Shown here: positions 58,130 to 64,000 of the stretch, in pieces
Position numbering within the stretch: position 1 is the stretch's first letter
Layout of the letters: each line of letters begins with the position of its first letter
Assembly: GCA_964196025.1 (NCBI GenBank)
Contig: CAXMRT010000214.1
Coordinates: 5,233 to 69,232, forward strand
Reading direction: 5' to 3'
Length of the DNA stretch: 64,000 bases
Origin: an uncultured Gemmatimonadales bacterium
Lineage (GTDB): Bacteria > Verrucomicrobiota > Kiritimatiellia > CAXMRT01
The notes under the pieces: model-generated
What the model was told of the DNA's origin: nothing
The model's input: only the letters and a program-made list of their open reading frames with translations
Databases searched by the model: none
Translations under genes and position numbers: made by a program

Positions 58130-59589
58130 GCAAACGCTTCCGGATACTTCTCGACCAACAAGTCGGCGGAGTCACCGCGCCCCGTAACACGCAGACGCTC
58201 CACGTAGGGAGGCAAGTGCTCTAGCCGAGCATGATAAGGACCGCCCTCAGCCATGACTGACACCATCGGATCAATCCCGTCTGGTACCGACGCTAACTGC
58301 TCACGCGTCCAACTCTCCAACATTCCCGCGGCTGTCGCACATACATCTGGCATGGTTTTCGCCAAGTCCACCTGCTCATGTGGATCCTCAACAATATTGA
58401 AAAGCATTTCTTCGGGAAACAGATGATAGCCGTCATGCCAGGTACGCATATACAAGTAGTCATCAAACCGCACGCTGCGCTGACAGACATGCGCAAACTG
58501 TCCCATCACTAAAAATTCTTGGCCCTGCGACACGTCTTCTGTCACCGTGCCCGCATAACTCGACCCATCCCACTGGGGATGATGCGATTGCCCCAACAAG
58601 TCCGCCAGCGTCGGCAACCAGTCGATGTGATAATGCAAATCTTTATCGCTGGCGCCCTGCCGTCCACCCGGCCACTTCACAATCATCGGCACTCGACACG
58701 TCGCCTGGTCCGCCGTCGCATGCTCAGAATAAAGCCCGAGCTCGCCCTGATTCTCACCATGGTCAGCCGACACCACAATCACAGTGTCCTCATAAACCCC
58801 AAGCTCTTTCAATTTCGCAACGACCATCCCGATATGCTGATCCGCATACGCAACCCCGCAATCATAGCCATCAATATGTCGCTTCAGATCGGCCATATCC
58901 TTCAGCGCACCTAGATGCCGCGGATAATCATCAAACTCGTCGCTGTTGTACATGGTGATCTCTTGAGCCGTATGCGGCCCAGGCATCATGCGATGTTTCT
59001 CGAAGGTCTCCGGAGTCAACCACTCGGGGATCGGGTCGTCTTCAAAAGGATTGCCAAATTCTTCGGGCGCACGGAAGAAGGTGTGCGGATCCCAGTAATT
59101 CACGTGCATGTACCAGTTCTCTTCGGTACCGCGCTCATCCAAAAATTTCAGTACCCCCGGCGTCACATCTTCCGCCGACTCCATTCCACCCTTACCCGTG
59201 TTGTGGATCTCATTGAATCCCGCATAGAATTGGAACGCGGAATGACGCTCCGCAAACGGACTGAATAACGCTGTGTGACACCCAGCTCGACGCGCAATGG
59301 TCGCCAAGGCAGCCTTCTCGTTATCGCTCTGAAACCGGCGCGTAGCACCCTGCACCCGCAGATCAGCAGCGGCACCGCCATGACCCACCGCCCCGTTCTT
59401 AATACCGAAGGTGCCGGTTGTGATCGCGGTGCGACTAGGCAAGCACGGTGCGTCGGTCACATAATAGTTATCATAACGCACGCCCTCTTCAGCAATCGCG
59501 TCGATTTCTGGTGAGGTGTTGCGGTGATAGCCATAACAGCCCAAATGATCAGGCCGCAAGGAATCAACATCTATATAGACAATTCGCAT
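58126..59589 (-). CDS. Sulfatase-family (alkaline-phosphatase superfamily) hydrolase lacking a signal peptide
   Basis: The sulfatase metal-binding/formylglycine region is present (VDSLRPDHLGCYG…, DAPCLPSRTAITTG), but the protein begins directly with the catalytic domain (MRIVYIDVDS…). Confidence 0.75.
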   Translation of the reverse strand: MRIVYIDVDSLRPDHLGCYGYHRNTSPEIDAIAEEGVRYDNYYVTDAPCLPSRTAITTGTFGIKNGAVGHGGAAADLRVQGATRRFQSDNEKAALATIARRAGCHTALFSPFAERHSAFQFYAGFNEIHNTGKGGMESAEDVTPGVLKFLDERGTEENWYMHVNYWDPHTFFRAPEEFGNPFEDDPIPEWLTPETFEKHRMMPGPHTAQEITMYNSDEFDDYPRHLGALKDMADLKRHIDGYDCGVAYADQHIGMVVAKLKELGVYEDTVIVVSADHGENQGELGLYSEHATADQATCRVPMIVKWPGGRQGASDKDLHYHIDWLPTLADLLGQSHHPQWDGSSYAGTVTEDVSQGQEFLVMGQFAHVCQRSVRFDDYLYMRTWHDGYHLFPEEMLFNIVEDPHEQVDLAKTMPDVCATAAGMLESWTREQLASVPDGIDPMVSVMAEGGPYHARLEHLPPYVERLRVTGRGDSADLLVEKYPEAFA

Positions 59590-59683
59590 CGGGAAAACCT
59601 ATCAGTCTACGGCGCCTTCCACAAGATTACTTCTGTGGAAGCGCCTCCGAAAATTTACGCGCGCATCAAGACCTGTCGCGTAC

Positions 59684-60361
59684 TCAGTCTAAGATTTTAA
59701 TCTTAATGTTTTTGTATGACACGTCCGCATTGTGATCCTGCAGGCCAATATGCCCCTTCGCAGTTTCGCCATAGCCTTTTGCCTTGCTCCACTTACTGCC
59801 CGCAATGCGCTTCTTCCAGTCATCGCTGCCAATCTTATAGGAGTATATTTTCTTGTCGTTGAACCAGTGGGTCGCTTCACCATCCACGATCCGGATGCGA
59901 ACCGAGTTCCACTCGCGTGGATGAAACACTTTCTCGCCTTCCACTTCGTAAAGATCATATAAGCTAGCCAAGGACTTAGGACCTTTTCCGATAAGCCGCT
60001 CGACCTGCATCTCTGGTGCTACCCTAAAAATAGGGCCCGTGAGGCTTGAATCTACGCGAATGAAAATTCCGCTATTACCGGTCGTCTTCCAGTCAATTTT
60101 GAGCTCATAATTCTCGTAAGCCTCAGCCGTATATGCATCCCCAGCACCCTTGGCTACGCGGCTCAACGCACCATCCTTCACAACCCAGCCACCCTCAGTC
60201 AACGGCTTCTTCGTCTTCCAGGCATTCCACCCCTTCATGGTCTTCCCATCAAAGAGCAACTTCCAGCCGTCCTTCGCCTCTTGCGGACTCAACGTATTAT
60301 CTTCCTCAGCCCCAACCGAAACACCCAACAACAACACAAGCGCAATAATCAAACTCTTCAT
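59684..60361 (-). CDS. DUF1080 (3-keto-disaccharide hydrolase-like) secreted protein
   Basis: Signal peptide; DGWKLLFDGKTMKGW and GHIGLQDHNADVSYKNIKI blocks. Confidence 0.7.
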   Translation of the reverse strand: MKSLIIALVLLLGVSVGAEEDNTLSPQEAKDGWKLLFDGKTMKGWNAWKTKKPLTEGGWVVKDGALSRVAKGAGDAYTAEAYENYELKIDWKTTGNSGIFIRVDSSLTGPIFRVAPEMQVERLIGKGPKSLASLYDLYEVEGEKVFHPREWNSVRIRIVDGEATHWFNDKKIYSYKIGSDDWKKRIAGSKWSKAKGYGETAKGHIGLQDHNADVSYKNIKIKILD

Positions 60362-60526
60362 CTCATTCTCCTATAAATGTCCAAAACAAAAACCCTACCT
60401 ATCCCAGCCCCCAAGCGCAAGACACAAGCCCCCACCGTCAAACTCCCCTCACTTGGACATTGGGCATTCCGTGTTGGATATTGGATATTGATTTCCCATC
60501 TCCCAAAAACACCCCGTGAGGCCCCG

Positions 60527-60565
60527 TCCACTTCTCCAGCTCTCCAGCTCTTCAGTTCTTCACTT
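60527..60565. repeat. CCCGTCCACTTC + TCCAGCTC octamer tandem array
   Basis: GTCCACTTC TCCAGCTC TCCAGCTC TTCAGTTC TTCACTTC. Related to the array at 63236-63287. Confidence 0.7.
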
Positions 60566-62140
60566 CCCCAGCGCCGGCACCTTATAAAGCACCCGCAATC
60601 GTTCCAGCTCTTTCTTCAGATCCACAACCTTCGTCGCAAGCTCCGGATTGCCGTACTGGTTATTCATCTCATTCGGGTCGTTCTTCAGGTCATACAATTC
60701 GAACTCTTCTCCGTCAGGAACATTCTTGCCGTAAAACTTGATCAGCTTGTAGCGCTCACCGGCAACACCTTCATGCAGTCGCACACTATGACCGCCAGGA
60801 TACTCGTAATAGTGATAGTACAAACTCTTGCGCCAATCATCCGGACGCTTGCCCTTAAGGAGCGGAACCAGACTCTTCCCTTGCATATCGTCGGGAATCG
60901 GCGCATCAGCAAGATCAAGGAAGGTCTCGGCGAAATCAATGTTCTGAACAAGATCCTTATTACGAGTACCCGCCTTAATTACTCCTGGCCACATAGCTAG
61001 AAGCGGGGTGCCAAAAGATTCCTCGTACATAAATCGCTTATCAAACCAGCCATGCTCACCTAAGTAGAAACCCTGATCGGAGGAATACATCACGATGGTG
61101 TTCTTCTCGAGACCGCTCTCTTTCAGGTAATCAAGAATGATGCCGACGCTTTCGTCAATGCTCTTGGCGCAGCGCAGGTAGTCTTTGACGTAGCGCTGAT
61201 ACTTCCACTGCACAATCTCTTTCTCGGTCATTGATTTTTCTTTTTCGAAAAAGGCCTTATTGCGCGGATCATAGGCCGCATCCCAACTCCTGCGGGCGTC
61301 AGGAGTCATGCGAAAATAGGCTCCCGGTTCACCTCTCGGCAATTGTGTTGATTTCGCATAACGCTTGAAACCCGCATCCTTATTGGCCTGATCCCGAATC
61401 TTCAAATCCGCATCGCGCCGCATCGTTTTAGAAATCGTCATGGTTTGACCATGAGCCGCCACACCGCGCGTTGCGTAATCGTCGAACAGGTTGACCGGTT
61501 CCGGAATCGTCACATCATCAAACAAACCCACATGCCGAGGCGCGGCCTTCCAGGTTCGATGAGTCGCTTTGTGATGCACCATCAGCATAAAGGGCTTATC
61601 CTTTTTTCGTCCGGGTGACTTCAACCACTCCAAGGCGCGATCCGTCACAACATCCCCCACATATCCCGTATACTGAGTCGTGCCTTCTTCGGTAATAAAG
61701 GTGGGTTGATAATACGCGCCCTGCCCGGGAAGCACCTCCCAGTAGTCAAAGCCTTGCATCTTTCCAGGCAGATGAATCTTTCCGATCATCACCGTCTGAT
61801 AGCCCGCTTTCTGGAGCAACTTAGGAAAAGTCTGTTGGTCTTGATTAAACGGCCCGCGGTTATCTCTTTTGCCATGTACGTGACTATGCTTGCCCGTAAG
61901 CAAGGTCGCCCGACTAGGAGCGCAAATCGAATTCCCAACATAACAGCGTTCAAAGAGCATGCCCTTCTCAGCCAGTCGATCAATGTTCGGCGTAGGATTC
62001 AGCTTTGCCAATCGACTCCCATAAGCACCGATCGCCTGACGAGTATGATCGTCCGAAAAGATCCAAACAATATTAGGCCGCTCAGCCACCGCAGACCCAG
62101 CCATCCAAAGAAACGAAAAAACCAAGCAAATCACTCTCAT
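60560..62140 (-). CDS. S1-family sulfatase (Cys-type), secreted
   Basis: ATG 62140 is preceded by AAGGGGA and gives signal MRVICLVFSFLWMAGSAVA. The longer ORF to 62326 runs into a repeat element. IVWIFSDDH and CAPSR (SICAPSRATLLTGK). Confidence 0.8.
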   Translation of the reverse strand: MRVICLVFSFLWMAGSAVAERPNIVWIFSDDHTRQAIGAYGSRLAKLNPTPNIDRLAEKGMLFERCYVGNSICAPSRATLLTGKHSHVHGKRDNRGPFNQDQQTFPKLLQKAGYQTVMIGKIHLPGKMQGFDYWEVLPGQGAYYQPTFITEEGTTQYTGYVGDVVTDRALEWLKSPGRKKDKPFMLMVHHKATHRTWKAAPRHVGLFDDVTIPEPVNLFDDYATRGVAAHGQTMTISKTMRRDADLKIRDQANKDAGFKRYAKSTQLPRGEPGAYFRMTPDARRSWDAAYDPRNKAFFEKEKSMTEKEIVQWKYQRYVKDYLRCAKSIDESVGIILDYLKESGLEKNTIVMYSSDQGFYLGEHGWFDKRFMYEESFGTPLLAMWPGVIKAGTRNKDLVQNIDFAETFLDLADAPIPDDMQGKSLVPLLKGKRPDDWRKSLYYHYYEYPGGHSVRLHEGVAGERYKLIKFYGKNVPDGEEFELYDLKNDPNEMNNQYGNPELATKVVDLKKELERLRVLYKVPALGK

Positions 62141-62278
62141 ACAAATCCCCTTAAGTTGAAGAATCACAGTACACACCACCCTCCCAACATTCAACCCCAT
62201 CATACAACCCGCACCCAAACCCGCGTTTACCACAACGCAACCGAGAATACACCCTAACCGCGTGGGCTGCTTCCCTAC

Positions 62279-62361
62279 GGGTAAGCCGCAACTACACCAA
62301 ACCCAACAGCACAGATATGCTCTCATCTAACCTACGGATGCTTGTGTAGTGCGTCTGACCC
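62279..62361. repeat. Palindromic intergenic element, copy 4
   Basis: GGGTAAGCCGCAACTACACCAA (62279-62300) and CTTGTGTAGTGCGTCTGACCC (62341-62361) flank a 40-nt spacer ending …TCTAACCTACGGATG (compare copy 1 …GCTAACCTACGGGTG). Confidence 0.65.
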
Positions 62362-62414
62362 AACGGGCAGGCGCCCACGCCACCCAGTCCTCTTCCCAAA
62401 CAAAACACCTTAGA

Positions 62415-62442
62415 TGTTCGAAGTTCGATGTTCGACGTTCAA
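62415..62442. repeat. Tandem heptamer array YGTTCRA x4
   Basis: TGTTCGA AGTTCGA TGTTCGA CGTTCAA. Confidence 0.75.
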
Positions 62443-62591
62443 TTCTCATCTTCCCGCGCGCCACCCTTGACGCCACCACGGTCACTGCTACACACTCACA
62501 AGGCACAACCCACTCAAGGAGAGAGCCGATCGACAAACCACCCGACAGCGTTGAAGCCCCCGCGGGATTCAAAAAAAATCTGGGCATTTTA

Positions 62592-63065
62592 ATGGACTCT
62601 TGTCTAGCGATAGTACCTCTCGGCATGATCGTCTGCGTCCTTTTTTTGGCCGCTCTTTTCGCAGTTCTTTCCGGATGCGGGATGATCTGGTCGGAGCCGG
62701 GAGTTGGCGCCCTCTTAATCCTGCTCGTCACGCCTATCATCGGATCAGCCGTTTATGTCGGGTCCAAGATTTTACAGGTTCTGCTGCGGTGCATGTCCCT
62801 AGATCCGTCATGCCCTGCCAGTCGCAAACAACGGCGATCGCGGGTAACCTGGCTCATCGTCCTCGTGTCGGGGAACACCATTCTCGGCCTCCTGCTCGTC
62901 GCCATGAGAAATCCTATCCCGCCTATCTTCGTCACGTGGTTCCTAGGCGGACCCAGCGTCACCGCGATCCGCCACCTACTCCTCATCTACCTCGCCCGTT
63001 GCCGCGAAGAATCCGCCGGCATAGACCTAGAGGTCCAAGACGCGAACTCCCCACCAGCGCCCTAA
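62592..63065 (+). CDS. Hypothetical small integral membrane protein
   Basis: In-frame ATG 62592 gives a 157-aa protein with four hydrophobic helices. The longer ORF from 62349 starts inside repeat DNA. Weak call. Confidence 0.3.
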   Translation: MDSCLAIVPLGMIVCVLFLAALFAVLSGCGMIWSEPGVGALLILLVTPIIGSAVYVGSKILQVLLRCMSLDPSCPASRKQRRSRVTWLIVLVSGNTILGLLLVAMRNPIPPIFVTWFLGGPSVTAIRHLLLIYLARCREESAGIDLEVQDANSPPAP

Positions 63066-63235
63066 CCCCACCCCTCTCCCAGATACGCCGCGCGACGCCC
63101 CGCTTGTCCGCCATAGCTTCATGCGAAGGCGGGTCCACATCACCAATCACCAATCCTCAGTTCATCAATCCCCAGCTCACCAATCATCTGTCCGTCTATC
63201 CCTCATCTCCCCCCTAACAAACCCCGCCGCGCGAC

Positions 63236-63335
63236 GCCCCGTCCACTTCCTCAGCTCCTCAGCTCCTCAGTTCTTCAGCTCTTCAGCTATCCAAAAAACA
63301 CCTCAGACGTTCGACGTTCAACGTTCGACGTTCAA
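63236..63335. repeat. Composite repeat: CCCCGTCCACTTCC + TCAGCTCY octamer array + CGTTCRA heptamer array
   Basis: 63251-63286 TCAGCTCC TCAGCTCC TCAGTTCT TCAGCTCT TCAGCT; 63308-63335 CGTTCGA CGTTCAA CGTTCGA CGTTCAA. Confidence 0.75.
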
Positions 63336-63365
63336 AGCTCCCGCCCAACCGGGCCCCCTCGCTCA

Positions 63366-64000
63366 TCATCGAGGATGCAGCCACCCCGGAAGATGTTTAT
63401 ACGGATCGGTCACAACCGTCTCATCCATCGGCACGCCATGCTTGCGCAAGGTCTCAGCAATCTCGCCGGCTTTCAGGCCATCAAACAAATCGGTGCATCC
63501 GCCAAGAAACTCACCCTTCACGAAAATCTGAGGGAAGGTGTTCCACGTGGTTTTGTTTCGCAGGGCCACTCTCAGTTTCCCGCCGCGATTGTTCTCCTGG
63601 TAGTCAACCGAGTCGAGGTCAATAGATCGAAAAGGAATGCCGTACTCTGCGAGCACCTTTCTTACCGACCAACAAAACTCACACCACTCCAACGCAAACA
63701 TAACCAGGTCATTACTGTCGGCCCCAACAATCTCCTCCACTTCGCGAACCGCGTCCTCATCAAGTTCCGGCGGCTCCTCAGGCGCTGCGGTTGGAGCCGA
63801 CACATCAAATCGATAGCCAGGTGTGGAACAGGACATCCCCACTTCTTTTTCCGTCATCTCGACGGCAACGTCCTCAAACAAAGGCGTCGTTAAGTAACGC
63901 TCACCCGTGTCTGGCAACATGCACAGAATAGTCGTCCCTTCAGGCACCGTTTTCGCCAAGTTAAGCGCACCGGCAAGGGTTGCACCCGCGGTTACTCCAA
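63366..64000 (-). CDS. Cysteine synthase (CysK/CysM-like) C-terminus fused to a glutaredoxin-like domain; 5' end beyond the window
   Basis: Translation continues in frame to the window edge (…GVTAGATLAGALNLAKTVPEGTTILCMLPDTGERYLTTPLF, the CysK C-terminal block). This is followed by a Glu/Pro-rich linker and a glutaredoxin domain (CEFC active site; TFPQIFVKGEFLGGCTDL). Confidence 0.6.
   Translation of the reverse strand, partial: GVTAGATLAGALNLAKTVPEGTTILCMLPDTGERYLTTPLFEDVAVEMTEKEVGMSCSTPGYRFDVSAPTAAPEEPPELDEDAVREVEEIVGADSNDLVMFALEWCEFCWSVRKVLAEYGIPFRSIDLDSVDYQENNRGGKLRVALRNKTTWNTFPQIFVKGEFLGGCTDLFDGLKAGEIAETLRKHGVPMDETVVTDPYKHLPGWLHPR

Noticed and set aside
62600-63217. 205-aa Arg/Pro-rich ORF
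   Set aside because: It is the alternative frame of the more plausible hydrophobic membrane ORF (62592-63065) and has extreme composition bias.
22483-64000. Sulfatase-rich region as a mobile genomic island
   Set aside because: No integrase, transposase, tRNA target or clear direct flanking repeats delimiting an island were seen. The repeats present are short arrays and palindromes rather than IS termini.
1-64000. CRISPR arrays, rRNA or tRNA genes, prophage or defence-system genes
   Set aside because: No regularly spaced 25-40-bp direct repeats with unique spacers were seen. No tRNA-like cloverleaf was found in the larger intergenic regions. No nuclease, helicase or methyltransferase gene clusters suggest restriction or abortive-infection systems.

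Overview
This 64-kb window is high-GC bacterial DNA whose gene content points to a polysaccharide-degrading member of the PVC superphylum (Verrucomicrobia/Planctomycetes-like). That placement is an inference from gene content: five S1-family sulfatases plus one sulfatase remnant, two DUF1080 proteins, a Tat-exported Gfo/Idh/MocA oxidoreductase, PQQ-type beta-propellers, and DUF3500/DUF445 genes. Coding density is high, with many 4-nt ATGA/TAATG stop-start overlaps.

Three blocks stand out.

(i) 6.8-22.2 kb is a one-direction operon: TolC-like OMP, then three very long periplasmic adaptor (MFP/HlyD-like) genes, two of which look like internally duplicated tandem adaptors (about five adaptor modules in total), then MacB-type ABC ATPase/permease, then an MBOAT O-acyltransferase, then a 923-aa protein with two AlgJ/AlgX-like SGNH domains that each carry a D-x-H-W motif. 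This looks like a dedicated export plus O-acylation machine of unusual architecture.

(ii) 45.7-54.6 kb is a denitrification-type locus. The plus strand carries an Rrf2 (NsrR-like) regulator, NirK with a C-terminal cytochrome c domain, NirV (FGE-like) and Sco. Converging on it from the minus strand is an operon encoding a 49-aa membrane peptide, a CuA-type subunit II, a divergent heme-copper oxidase subunit I in which the HPEVY active-site tyrosine is replaced (GHCSQQ), a second Sco, and a fusion of a cytochrome b N-domain with two [4Fe-4S] clusters. This is a candidate atypical nitric-oxide reductase.

(iii) The sulfatase-rich right half is punctuated by several families of intergenic repeats. 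They are an ~82-bp palindromic element (4 copies, always upstream of minus-strand operons), a 189-bp direct tandem duplication, a 14-bp tandem repeat, YGTTCRA heptamer arrays (3 sites) and TCAGCTCY octamer arrays (2 sites).

Other content: cyclophilin, PpiC, FbaA with a clean terminator, HtpG, a lone ExbD, a PqiA/PqiB-like pair, a USP/NhaD pair, an aldo-keto reductase, an azurin-like/PA14 protein with a dehydrogenase-like propeller partner, and a partial CysK-glutaredoxin fusion at the window edge. No rRNA, tRNA, CRISPR array or obvious transposase was seen.
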